Assembly (NCBI RefSeq): GCF_006345805.1
Contig: NW_021835481.1
Coordinates: 1 to 64,000, forward strand
Direction: 5' to 3'
Source of the DNA: Octopus sinensis
Lineage: Eukaryota
DNA: 64,000 nucleotides
Part shown: one piece after another, positions 50,619-63,329 of the stretch
Position numbering within the stretch: position 1 is the first letter of the stretch
How the letters are laid out: every line of letters begins with the position of its first letter
The notes under the pieces: generated by a model
Told to the model about the DNA's origin: nothing
Database searches by the model: none
What the model saw: the letters and a program-made list of their open reading frames with translations, nothing else
Program-made: the position numbers and the translations under genes

Positions 50619-50871
50619 ATCCACCTAAAACAATAGAAATCAAGACTGATGAACCCTTTCTTGAAGGTCGCAAAGGTATTTTGCATTGTAAGGCAATAAA
50701 TGGATATCCAGAAAAGTACAGCTACAGGTGGGATCCAGTAAGTAACAAACCTCACAAAATTTAACACTTTCTCAACTCAATCGAACACACAATAATGAGG
50801 TTTACACTTGTTATGCTTCTAACAAGTGCAGTAAAAGAGAATTACATAAAAACATTGGATCAATGTAGAAT
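50619..50871 (+). CDS. Internal coding exon, Ig-like domain (two apparent 1-nt deficits); not in the ORF track
   Basis: Acceptor tttccttttatacAG at 50617-18 and donor GTAAGT at 50872, phase 1-1. Reads (Y)PPKTIEIKTDEPFLEGRKGILHCKAINGYPEKYSYRWDPVSNK / SQNLTLSQLNRTHNNEVYTCYASNKCSKRELHK / HWINVE. 253 nt, so two added bases give 255 nt. Confidence 0.82.
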
Positions 50872-51089
50872 GTAAGTTGAAAGCTTAAAATTCTATTACA
50901 AACCTGTAAAATAATTTATTTACATTCATTACAGAAAAGTACTACGATCTTTCATCTTTGTTAATTTGGTTTTACCCCAAAATCTTCACATAGTTGATTT
51001 TCTTTGTTTTTCTAAAATAAATTGTTTAATAAAAATACAAATTGTAGGTTGTAAAATTTATTTCAACCTATCAACTTTTAAACAGTATA

Positions 51090-51420
51090 CAGCTGTATAT
51101 TATTTACATTTGACGAATATTTGTCCTCATCTTGCTTGTCTTGTTAACACAATGTTTTGGCTGATATACCCTCAGGTGTCTTGGGAAATTGCGAACCTGG
51201 GTTCTCAAGATATAATGAGAGAAGGCGATATTCTCCCGATATCGTAAACCTTGTCTTCCATTAGAGTAGTTTTTGATGTTAGTATTATCATTCAGGTCAC
51301 TGCCTGGAATTGAACTTGGAATCTTGGGTTAGTAGCCTGCGCGCGCTCTTAACCACTATGCCATAAGCCCGTGGGTAATTATGGAGTGAATTTTGGGGTT
51401 TATAAATCTAATATTTTCCT
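51090..51420 (-). mobile_element. Repeat with a tRNA-like head (SINE-like); not a functional tRNA
   Basis: Minus strand tggcatagtggttaagagcg...ggctactaacccaagattccaagttcaattccaggcagtga (about 51297-51363) has A and B boxes but a poor cloverleaf. Confidence 0.6.
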
Positions 51421-52631
51421 ACCCTTCTTTAATACCATTTTGCATATGCTACTTATTGGATTAAGAACAGAACAAAGAGATAAGCCCTGCTTTCCCAGGA
51501 ATTACTGGGTACATCAGCTAATATATATATAGATAGATAAAACATAATAGCTTCCCCTGAACCATTTAGTTTCATTTTGGTTGACAAACAAATTAATTAA
51601 CTCTCTTTATATATATAATAAATTTTGCATTTTAAATGCTTTGGTGAAAATTTTCAGGGTGCATAAAAGGACAATATGTGAACTACATAGCGATTTACTG
51701 GAATATTCAAATATACACAGAAAATATATTTATGTTTACTATGTATATGTGTGTGTGCACGCATGCATTAAAAATATTCATTTATTTTTAAATTCAATAT
51801 TACTAATAACAATAATCATGAATAATGATTTATACTATGTAAGAGGAACATTATTTACTGAATAAAATGAAATAATATTAAAGTGAAAGAGAAATAAAGT
51901 TTATGATCATGTTTGTATATGTGTGTGCGCATGTCTATGCTCATATTTACATATACGCACGCACACACACACACAGACGCACATACAGAGATACAGATAT
52001 ATATACACACAATAATTATGGATGCCAATGGTTTATATGTCAACTTACATGTGTATATATGTTACTTTCTAAGTTTTTTATTAATGTACATAAATACATA
52101 AGAGCAGCAATAAAAGTTCATTCACACATTATTTGATATTAATATTTATATTGAAGTTTAATAATAATGATAATAATCAACTAAATTATATAAAAGTAAA
52201 AGTACATGATTAAATATATATATAATAAAATAAAATAAAATAAGGTAGCAGAATAATGAATATAGAATAAATAGGATAAGAATAAAAAATAGAAATAAAG
52301 GGGAAGTAAAATTTGTTTATGCGTGAATGCATGTGCGTGTATATGCATACATGGATTATATTATGTGTATGTGGATATCTATATATGGATAACATTGTTG
52401 GTATTTATAAAACATAATAAATAAAATAAAATAAGGTAAATAAGTAAGCAGAAATAAGGAATAAAGAATAAATAAAAATATAAAGGTGAAATAAATTTGC
52501 TTATGTGTTTATACATGTGCATACACGTATGGGTGTATCTTGTTTACATATTAGTATCTCTATATGTACTTGCATATACAGATATACAGATGTTTATTTC
52601 TAGTTATTTCATTAGTTCATTAGTTTATATT

Positions 52632-53388
52632 TCCACACCCTAGCGGTTGAGGGAACCTGTGGAAGAAGTAGACCCAGGAAGACCTGGGATGAAGTGGGGA
52701 AGCACGATCTTCGAACTTTAGGCCTCACCAAGGAAATGACTAATGACCGAGACCTATGGAAATATGCTGTGCTTGAGAAGACCCGGCAAGCCAAATGAGA
52801 CCATAACCTCGTTTGCCTGTGCCAGGGGTGTAACCAGCCCACTTGTGCGTACCTTTTCTTCTCTGAACACTAATCTCTGTTTGCGAAGACCTGTTGAGGC
52901 AATTGAAATCGAAACGAAATCAAAATCAAAGTGAAATTCGATGACAGGCATGAGCACCATATGAGCGTGATTGTTGCCAGCTTCGCCTTACTGGCACTTG
53001 TGCCCTGTGCTAGTAGGGTGCTAAGAGCACCATCTGAGTGTGATCGTTGCCAGAGCGGCTAACTGGCTTGTAGGAGGCATGTAGAAGGCACCATTCGAGC
53101 GGGATCATTACCAGCATCGCCTTACTGGCACCTGTGCCGTTGGCATGTGTAAAAACAAATTCGAGCGAGGTCGTTGCCAGTACCGCCTGACTGGCCCCAA
53201 GCTGGTGGCACATAAAAGCACCCACTACACTCTCGGAGTGGTTGGTGTTAGGAAGGGACTCCAGCTGTAGAAACTCTGCCAGATTGGAGCTTGGTGCAGC
53301 CATCTGGTTCACCAGCCGACAGTCAAACCGTCCAACCCATGCTAGCATGGAAAGCGGATGTTAAATGACGATGATGATGATGATGATG
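52632..53388 (+). mobile_element. RTE 3'-end insertion (young)
   Basis: HTLAVEGTCGRSRPRKTWDEV ORF end, 3' UTR repeats and (GAT)n tail at about 53370-53388. Closely similar to 24775-25564. Confidence 0.92.
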
Positions 53389-53416
53389 TATATGTGTATA
53401 ATATTGTTGGTATTTA

Positions 53417-56400
53417 TCTGTATATAAAAATGCAGGATGTGTGTATGTGTACGTGAATGTATTTTGCACGTCCACAAATTAGCATATGTCGCTCCAATTT
53501 TAGGAGGACATTTGTCATGATCCTAACTGTATTTTTGTCGAATTATTTTCCCGAAGCACCAGCGGGTAGTAGTAAAAACCTATTTTCAACCTTAACTTTT
53601 ACCAATTTTGAAGTTTGCTAACATGAGTTAAGTCCCTTCTTGCCATAACGAAGTGAAAATGTGTGTGTGTGAGGGAGAGAGAAGTTGTGTTGATGTATGT
53701 ATGTGTGTGTGTGAGGGAGACAGATGTTGTGTGTTGATGTGTGTGTGTGTGTGAGGGAGAGATAGAGTAAGTGACAGTGTTCACCAAAAATAAAAATGTA
53801 AAATGTTTTTTTTTCTTATACACGAGATATAGTATTCAAATTTAGGATGTTTTTGAAAGACACTATACTTTATAATCAGATTATATATACTTTCTCACAC
53901 AACAATTAAAATATATTCATTTTAAATCATTTATTTATTTTAATTGTTCATCTTTCTCCCTGCCCCCCTCTCTCTCACACACACACACATTACTTTGGGC
54001 ACGAAAGAGTTTGTTTTTATTTTACATTGAAAAAGTGTTTTGTTGAGAATCTATGTATTTAACAACATAGAAACATTAAGTTTCTGAAAAGACTTGCATT
54101 TAATGTTTCTGAAAAGAAAGTGGCTTGGAGAAGCTATTATGAAAGACTGCTGAATGTAGAGAATGAATGAGGAGAAGAGCCTGCCAAATGTTAACCCAGT
54201 AGAAGGACCAGCTATCTGAATAGACAGCTCCCTAGTAGATAAAGCAATTAAGGGTATAAGAAAAAGCCCCGGCCTATCAGGAATCACTGCTGAGATGTTT
54301 AAAACATCTGGTGGAGTGGGCTATGGCCTAGTCACATGCATTGTAAACCAGGTAGTTCATAATGGAGCCATGCCCAATGACTGGCGTAGCAGCACCATAG
54401 TCAACTGCTACAAAGGTAAAGGTGATGCTCTAGATAGAAATAACTACAAGGGTATTAAACTGCTGGTTCAGGTGATGACTGTCACAGAGAGGGTCATAGC
54501 CCATCTCATTAGGGAGAGAGTCTGCTTAGATGAGATGCAGTTCGGTTTTGTTCTGGGCAGAAGCACCACTGATGACATATTCCTGGTTTAACAACTGCAG
54601 GAGAAATACCTAGCTGAAGATAAACCCCTGTACTTAGCTTTTGTGGACTTGGAGAAAGCCTTTGACAGGGTTCCCCAATCCCTTATCTGGTGGGCAATGT
54701 GGAAATTGGAGATTGACAAATGGTTAATAAGGGCTGTACAGGCCCTATACCGAGAGGCTGTTAGTAAGGTTACGATTAGCAACGAGTATAGTAAAGAATT
54801 CCGGGTAGAAGTAGGGATCCACCAAGGTTCAGCCCTCAGTCCCTTTTATTCATCATAGTCCTCTAGGCAATAACAGAGGAATTCAAGACAGGTTGCCCCT
54901 GGGAACTCCTCCATGCTGATGACCTGGCCCTCATAGCAGAATCACTACCAGAACTAGAAAAGAAATTTCGGCTATGGAAGCAAGGTTTCAAATCAAAAGG
55001 CCTTAGAGTCAATGTATCAAAGACTAAAGTTATAGTAAGTAGGAAGGCAAACTCATCACACACCCCCTCAATCTGTAGAAAAGGTGTTGGTAGAAACTCC
55101 ATAAGATGTACCCAGTGTAAGCTATGGATGCATAAGAGGTGCAGCAACGTCAGAGGAAAATTAACCGAGAGATAGCTTTTGTGTGCTGCAGATGCACAGG
55201 GGCAATAGACACCACAGATACTCAGAAAACAAATTCCATCACACTCCAGGGAGAGAAACTAGAAGTAGTTGATAGTTTCCCGCTACCTAGGTGACCAAGT
55301 TAGTAGTGGAGGTGGATGCTCATAGAGTGTTCACCCCTACTAGTGACAAAGGGTCTCGCTCAGAGTGAAAGGTAGATTGTACGACACATGTGTGTTAACT
55401 ACAATGCTTCATGGTAGTGAAACATAGGCTGTGACTGCAGAGGACATGCATTGGCTTGAAAGAAATGAAGCTAGCATGATCCGCTGGATGTGTAATGTCA
55501 GTGTTCACACATGACAGAGTGTAAGTGCCCTGAGAGAAATACTGGACATAAGAAGCATTGGATGTGGCGTGCAAGAGAGACTTTTGCACTGGTATGGTCA
55601 TGTACTAAAGATGGATGAGGAAAGATGTTTGAAGAAATGCCACTCTCAAACAGTTGAAGGAATCCAGGGTAGAGGTAGACCCAAAAAGACATGGGATGAG
55701 GTGGTCAAGCAGGACCTTCGAACGTTGGGCCTCACAGAGGCAATGACAAAATACCGAGAACTCTGGAGGCATGCTGTGACTGTGAAAACCGACAAATAAC
55801 TTGAGTTCATGGCTGTCTCCTGCACCAGCTTCACATAGCAGCCCCAGCCCATCCAAAGTACCGTGGATCACAGGACGACCTTGTGCTTATCTTGGATTGT
55901 CGGGTGGCCTGCTGTGCTTGCGGAGGCCTATTGAGTCAAGTACATCAACATCAAATAAAAATCAAATGGAAATTGTAGTTGTGATACCTGTGCTGGTGTC
56001 ACGTAAAAAGCACCATCCGAAGCTTGACTGGCTTCCATGCCGGTGGCACATTTAAAAATTTCGTATGTGAAAATTGTGTGAGCTTTATCTAAAAATTTGC
56101 CTGGAGTGTTTCATGGTAAATTTGAGAGTAAAAAAAAAATGTTTTCCATATTCTTAATCTCCTTATTTTTCCACATACATTGAAAAATAGATGGTGAAAA
56201 GATCAATGGGTATGGGGTGTGAAATTTCAGAAGCTTCCACTACAGCCCACCCTGTTTTTTAGACCACAAAAAGGGTTTTGTAGCATATTAGGTGGCCTTG
56301 GTAGTTGATTCCAAGCAAAAAATCAATTTTTTTTACTTAGTGAAAGTCGTGCAAGTGTTAGTCTAAAATTTAATTCAAAACCTTTTCCATTCATTTCTTT

Positions 56401-58321
56401 ATGAAATTCTCTGTATGTAATTTTGCTTTCTTGATGGTCAAGGCAAATGATGACTGGCAAAGCAACAGTGCCCTAATGCTGACATCGGATACAATGACCT
56501 GATCTACAATAATGCGCTGATTGAAATCAAGGATGCCCTGCTCAGGATGGGTGGGGCAGCGTTGAACACATTCTGTTTGCCATCCTCATTGCGACAGGAC
56601 GTTAACACACTCCCACCAAAGTTACATCTGGACTTGTCGTATGACGCTGATGGCCTTGCAGAGTACCTGAGAGTAAATGAACCAAAATTGCTGCCTGATC
56701 AGAGGCTAGTGTACGAAACTGTCGTCAGTGCCATTGAAAAACAGGTGGGCGGCATTTTTTTCCTCAATGCTGCTAGAGGTACCAGAAAATCCTTTGTAAC
56801 ACAATTAATACTTGCTAATATTCATTGCAAGAAACAAATGCACTAGCAGTTGCTTCCTCGGGAATCGCTGCTACGTTATTGCCGGTAGGTAGAACGGTGC
56901 ACTCGGTATTCAGGCTGCCTTTACATTTGGTGAGGGCCGAGGTTCCTACTTGCAAGATTGGCAAAATTTCAGAGGAAGCTGAAGTCCTTAGTACCATCTC
57001 ATTGTATGGGACAAATGCACAATGACAAGTAAGGGTGCCCTTGAGGCACTGGACCAGTCACTGAAAGGTATTAGGGATTCTACAGCTTCTATGAGTGGTG
57101 TAACTCTATTACTTTCAGGAGATTTGTGGCAAACACTTCCTGTCATCCCTAAAGGGAGCCAGGCTGATGAAGTGCGTTTATGCCTTAAGTCATCGATGAT
57201 GTGGCTCCAGGTTAAGACCTTAAGCCTAAGCGCAACATGTGTGCACACTTGCTTGGAGATAGCATGTCTGCAGCATTTGCTGAAGTCATTTTAACCCTTG
57301 GAGAAGGCAAGGTCCCTAGGAGTTATAGGGGTGACATATCCATCTCTGAACTGTGCAACACTGTGGACAACCCTTCTGATCTTTGGAAACAGTGTTCCCC
57401 AATCTGGAAAGTAATTATGCAGACATCAATTGGCTCAGTGAAAGAACCATCCTGGCCCCCAAAAACGTAGCTGTCAGTGCTGTCAACGACCAGCTCATAA
57501 GCCGAATTCCAGGTGAGGAGTGCATCTACAAATCAATTGACCAGATCTCTGACCCCCAAGACATTGCCATTTACTCTATCGAGTTTCTCAACTCATTGGA
57601 GCCAACATGGCTTCCACTCACATTCTTAGGCTAAGGGTTGGATGCCCAATTATGCTAATTAGAAACTTGCTTCCACCTAAACAGTGCAAAGGGACCTGCT
57701 TAGTAATCAAGTATCTGACGCCCCACTTGACTGAGGCCACCATTGTTACAGGGTGCTGGAGGGGTGAAAATATTTTCATTTCAAGGATGCAGCTTTATCC
57801 CTCAGGGTCAGACATGCCATTTAACCTCCTCAGATCGCAGTTCCCAGTGAGATCATGCTTCGCCATGTCCATCAACAAATCCCAAGGCCAAACACTATTG
57901 GTGGCAGGCATCCATTTGGGGTTTTCCATTCAATCAGGATAAAAAATTGATGAACCAATTCCTTATAGGATTTCCTACTAAAATTGGCTACACCCCATTT
58001 TCAACCATAACTTTCACATATTTTGACATATTTTCCCCAAACTTGATGCCAGCATTACTTAGGACCCATGGAATCTTTGAATACTGTAAGTTCTCAAAAA
58101 AAATAAATAAACAATCGCTGAATGGAAATAATCGATAAACCAATTCCTTATGGGATTTCATAATCAAATTGCCTGCAACCCATTTTCAGCCAATAGTATA
58201 CCAATTTCAATGGATTTTGCTCAAATTTGATGTCGGTGTCACTTATTTTGGTTTGAAATAGAGTGTTTGATCACTTTATAATCCTAACTTAATTCCGGGC
58301 AACACCGAGCTATACTACTAG
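53417..58321 (+). mobile_element. Helitron with decayed PIF1-like helicase, hosting an RTE
   Basis: A|TC start at 53417 and ccgggcaacaccgag hairpin remnant plus CTAG|T end at 58321. Helicase remnants 56440-57920: FFLNAARGTRKSF, AVASSGIAATLLPVGRTVHSVF, GDLWQTLPVI, FAMSINKSQGQTL. Confidence 0.9.
54092..56050 (+). mobile_element. RTE LINE nested in the Helitron
   Basis: ORF fragments 54295-54591, 54643-54858 and 55569-55799 with RTE RT motifs. 3' UTR truncated before the tail. Confidence 0.92.
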
Positions 58322-58557
58322 TAAAATATATAATAAAATAACATAAATAAGTAGGCAGAAATAATGAATGAATTAATTAATTATAAATAAAAATAACCAC
58401 ATAAGCAAATTTATTTCACTTTTATAGTTTTATTTATTCTTTACTCCTTATTTCTCCTTACTTATTTACCTTATTTTATTTTATTTATTATGTTGTATAA
58501 ATACCAACAATGTTATCCATGTATACATATACACATAATATAATCCATCTATGCATA

Positions 58558-58876
58558 GTAAAGGCACGTGGCTTAGTGGTTAGGGCATTCAGCTCATGAT
58601 CATAAGATCATAAGTTCAATTCCTGGTGATGCATTGTGTCCTTGAGCAAGACACATTATTTCACGTTGCTCCAGTTCACTCAGCTGGCAAAATGAGTAGC
58701 ACCTGTATTTCAAAGGGCCAGCCATGTCATGCTGAATCTCCTTGAGAACTATGTTAAGGGTACACATGTCTGTGGAGTGCTCAGCCACTTGCACATTAAT
58801 TTCATGAGCAAGCTGTCCTGTCGATCATATCAGCTAGGACCTTTGTCATCATAACCAATGGAGTGCTCCTCAATGT
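58558..58876 (+). mobile_element. tRNA-derived SINE with a 17-bp TSD
   Basis: Head gtggcttagtggttaggg...agttcaattcc and ttgtgtccttgagcaagacac. TSD taatccatctatgcata (58541-57) and taatccatgtatgcata (58877-93). Confidence 0.88.
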
Positions 58877-59012
58877 AATCCATGTATGCATATACACACA
58901 GATGTATACTTGTGCATGAATTCCCACATAAACTTTCCCTTTATTTCTAATTTTTATTCTTATCTTATTTATTCTATATTCATTATTTCTGCTGCCTTAT
59001 CTAATTTTATTA

Positions 59013-62000
59013 CTAGCTGAAATACCTACTGTTGCCCAGGTTTAAGAAAATAATGAAATTTAAAAATACCTTTTAGATCTCTAACATGAAACATAGACTA
59101 CACTGGTCTTACCTCCTAGTAGCTGAGGTACCAACGTTATACATTAATAACCTGCCAGGTTATTGGAAATAATGAAATTTAAATATGCCTTTTAAATCCC
59201 TAACTAAAATGAAACCTGGATTATGCAGTTCTCAACAGTAATTAGCTGAGGTACAAACTATTAATGTCAATAACATGTTTTATCCAATGTTTTCACTGTT
59301 AGAACTGTTAAAGACCAGGTAGTTCTTTGTCTTTGCAATCACCTTCAATTATCAGTACTTATTTGAAATGCATTGAACCTGAAAGTGCATAAATTTGAGA
59401 AGAACCAGTCTGCAGGCACTCTCCTCCTGTTAATAAGAATTTTAATAAAAATTCTATGTGATGATGTGTGAGTATAAACAAATGTATTGAAACAAATCCA
59501 GCAATCAGTCACAGTTTAATTATCTAGAGCTTCTAAATGATGTTTAGAGTGTGTCCTGTAATTGGTGTATAAATGAAAAGATTTTGGGGACTTCCAACCT
59601 GCGAACATCCTACATATAATTGCCCATGCGAGAAGCAAGGTGAAGTTCAACAAGAGAGGCTGTCCTTATTTATTAACATAGTGAAACTTAGTTTCACTGG
59701 GAGCTGGAACCATTCAAAGGGGATGTCATGTGGGATTAACAGGATCTGTGGAATGAAGACATCCTCACCCTTATAGTTCCTAGTCATAATTATTGCTTCC
59801 GGGACATGGAATCACATCACTTTCACCACCAGTCAGGTGCCATTGCACAGTCGAGGTGATTCCAGATTCCTGAGCAGCATGATTGGGGCCTCCTTTTTAA
59901 GTGTTAAGTGATGAGGTAGCATCTCAGATGGCTGTAGAGAGTTCAAGAACTTAGTTTGAAAGACTGTTATTGTCCAGGCAACAGCTACAAGAGATCCCAG
60001 TCGATTTTGTTAATAGCATCATTACATGGTACTAAGATGGCTCGCTCACAGAGCCATTGACTGTTGCTAAAGTTTTGTGCAGTGTTTGGGAGCACATGCA
60101 TTATGAGATCATTGACAGTTGGTACCATCTCACCACAGGCTTTCTGCCCCTCCCCACCAACTTTGGATGATGATAACTTTCAGAAAAATGGATATTTTAA
60201 TGAAATTTTTAATGAATATGTGTTATATCATGTAGATTCCCAACATACAAATTGGGGGGGAAAAGTATTTTAGCAGGGGTTGGAGGAGGACTTTCGGAAA
60301 ATTCACCGGAATCCACTTGAATTTGTCTTAACTTTAGAAAATGGATATTTTTAATACAAATATACCTTGAAGTATGTAGATTCCATCCATATAGGATTTG
60401 GGAGGAAACAATTGGGATTATTTTTGTGAACTATTCCCCACTGGAGGATGTTTCAGAACAAGTTATCCATATTTGTTTCTGTTTCTCCGTTTTGTGGTTT
60501 GTGCACCTGTATATAACCCTTAACCCTAGTTGTAAAATTCAAGAAAAAATTGAAAAGTTAAGGAGTGGTGTATTAAAAAGTCTAAAAGTAGATTTTTTGC
60601 ATATTCAGAATCTCCATTGGAGACAAGGTGGGAATACAAAGAAAAAACAAAAGCACAAAAGGGTAGCATGCTTATTTTCAGTGTCTCACACACACACATA
60701 TAATGAAAAAGATCAAATGAGGAATTTCCATCAGTATCATGTTTATTTTAGAGATTATGTAACAAATTATACTTACACTTCTATATTTACTGTTTGCATT
60801 TATAAACTAGAGAAGTAAAAACTGGAGTTCCTGATGATGTCTGAGTAATATTAAAGGACTGTTGTGGTAGCAGACCACGAATGGTTTGTAATTCCTTCCT
60901 ATTTTGCTCTGATGTCTTCTCCCTTTCTATGTAGAACCATTTACCTGGAATTTACTTCGAGTGAAAAAAAAAATGTATGCAATAGATAAGTCATGTTAGA
61001 AGCATATATTGTGTACCATACGTTCAGCTGTTATTTTTAGCATGAGTTTTCTGATGAGGGGTTCATTTGCTTTCACTGCCTGTTGCTTCAGTAGAAATCT
61101 ATGGATGCACAAATGCACAAAAGAGAGAAAATGTAACAAATACGGATGAGTTGTTCCAAAACACCTCCGAATGAGGAACAGTACTCAAAAATAATCCCCA
61201 ATTGTTTCCCCCATCCCAAAATTCCTATATGTACATATAGGATTTCCCACAAAATCCTATATGTACATAGTCCAAGGTATATTTGTCAACAATTTCATTT
61301 TAAAATATTCATTTTCGTGAAAGTTAAGCAGATTGAAGAGGACTCCAGTGAACACTTCCCCCAACAAATTTTATATATTCAGAATCTACATGATATAGAA
61401 CATATTCGTAGAAAATTTCATTAAAAAATATCCATTTTTCTTAAAGTTATGATCATCCAAAGTCTCTGAGGGTTGCAGAAATCTGTAATTATGCCCTGTT
61501 GACAATTGATCAATTAAATGAAATCTCCATATGAAATTTTTTTTCTCTTACACACACACACACACACACACACTCACATAAGTATATATCTTACACAAAT
61601 AGAAAGCCGGAGAAGAAAATATACAATGTAAGTAACTTTAGAATTTGTTTTTTATCTGAAATCGTCACAACTGTAATGATGTATGCATACGTGTGTGTGT
61701 GTGTGTGTGTAAATAGCTGTTTACTTAGTTACTATGTTGACATTGACAATACAATTAAGTGAAAGTGTTAATAAGTTGATTTGCATCAAGAATAATCACA
61801 TGGGATTTAAATGTGAAATATCAAGTCTTAATAAAGCCACTTGTTCCCAAAATGGCCAAAATATGTTTTGGAAAATTAATGTACAGTATATAGTACCTCA
61901 TTTAATTAACTGAAAAAATGGTGTCTGTCTCCGTATGAAATTATTTTTCTGACATGAAAGTACCTTTAGAAATTCTTTTTGTCAGAAATCATCACAACTG

Positions 62001-62259
62001 TAATGATGTATACATACATGTGTGTTAGGACATCAAAGACAGGAAGTTCAAGCACAGGAAGTTAAGAAAACGATTTGAACAAGTGAATCTTTTCTATAGA
62101 GCAATATTATTTATTTTAAAAAACAAAAAATAAATCAAGATTACATTATTCTTTCCAAGGTCAAATTATTCATGTACCCCAAGTATGGTACAAATTAATT
62201 CAGAACTTTGAGCATGCATTGAGGACACACACAGACAGGGTATTTTTTTTATATTAAGA
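59013..62259 (-). mobile_element. Helitron (minus strand) with helicase remnant, hosting a MITE
   Basis: Minus-strand A|TCTTAATATAAAA...ctgtctgtgtgtg start at 62259 and cctgggcaacagtaggtatttcagCTAG|T end at 59013. FLNSLQPSEMLPHHLTLKKEAPIMLLRNLESPRLCNGT at about 59830-59950. Confidence 0.88.
60136..61485. mobile_element. MITE-like element with about 350-bp diverged terminal inverted repeats
   Basis: 60136-60510 is the approximate reverse complement of 61105-61485. Termini CAG...CTG with TA on the right. Confidence 0.72.
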
Positions 62260-62347
62260 TATTATATATTTTAATTATCTACTTCTACTCTTATATAATT
62301 TAATTGATTATTATCATTATTAAATTTAAATATAAATATGAATATTA

Positions 62348-63325
62348 AACAAGAGCAGAAATCTCCACCAAGGCAACACTAACATCCTCTCAATGATTAA
62401 CTGGAGAGGATTTTTAAAATGAGAATATCTGAAATAAACTCAACTGCTCTCACAAACGAGAATACTAAAAATGAACCTGACTGCTCTCAAAAATTAAGTA
62501 AAAAACACGGAAAATTAATCCAGAATCCTTATCCACTATCTGATCCATCCCAATGGTAGTCATGGAATGTGAAGGTGGGTGTGTGGGGCCATATTTGTAA
62601 TGCTGCATGTGTGTCGTCTGCATTGGGAACAGGAACAGTTTTCTCTATGAAAGCCTTTTTTAGTCTATCCACTAATATAGTGTCTTAATGACCATTAAAG
62701 TCTATAGTGAAATATTTATCCATGTGTGAAAGAAAATGGAAAGGACCTGCATACAGTGCTGTTAACGGAGGTTTAACAACATCGTTGCACACAAAAATGT
62801 GAGTTCAAGAAGTAAAGCTTCCTTCAAGGCAGAGCTAGAAATGCAATTGCCAAGTAGGTAAGAGGTTTTGAACAGGAGCTATATATTCAAAATTGGTAAA
62901 ACTAAAAATTATCAAGGATAAATTAAATTTATTATTGTTACTAAATATTTTAGTGTTATTTAATTTCTGAGCAGTTTTGCTGCCATTTGTTTATGTAGTT
63001 TGATTTCTTTGTCCATCAGTTTCTACTAAGATAGAGATGTGTGTAAAATTAATATTAGAGAAACAAAATAATACTTTGGAAGCAACAACACTGTCATAAC
63101 TTATGTGGAAACCATGGGTGTGCTTTCAAGGGAGATGATCAGAGAAAGACTTAAAATTCAGTGTAAGATCGTAATACTTAAGTAAATATAACAAATAATC
63201 TAGAATCCTTGTCCAGTACCAGATTGATCCCAAAATCTAATCAGTTTATGCTAGCCATGAGGCCAAGCATCCCTGAAAGTTTCATCTGAATTCATATGGT
63301 TGTTCTTGAGATATCTTGTCCACCA
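62348..63325 (+). mobile_element. Probable non-autonomous Helentron/DINE-like repeat
   Basis: aacaagag start and repeated aatc.agaatcctt.tcca motif (about 62516 and 63197). Recognised by resemblance only. Confidence 0.4.
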
Positions 63326-63329
63326 GCTT

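Noticed and set aside
46736-50853. Programmed frameshifting or insertion editing rescuing the Ig exons
   Set aside because: No slippery heptamer with a downstream structure is evident and no such nuclear mechanism is known here. Homopolymer sequencing error or pseudogenisation is far simpler.
51297-51363. tRNA gene on the minus strand
   Set aside because: A and B boxes are present but the acceptor and anticodon stems do not pair properly and there is a gcgc expansion. It is treated as a SINE head.
56547-57942. Host PIF1 helicase gene
   Set aside because: Multiple frameshifts, a degenerate Walker A motif, no introns, and bounded by Helitron TC and CTAG termini.
60832-61060. CTGATGA motifs as hammerhead cores
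   Set aside because: No correctly spaced GAAA with a closing stem is visible, and the motif is expected by chance.
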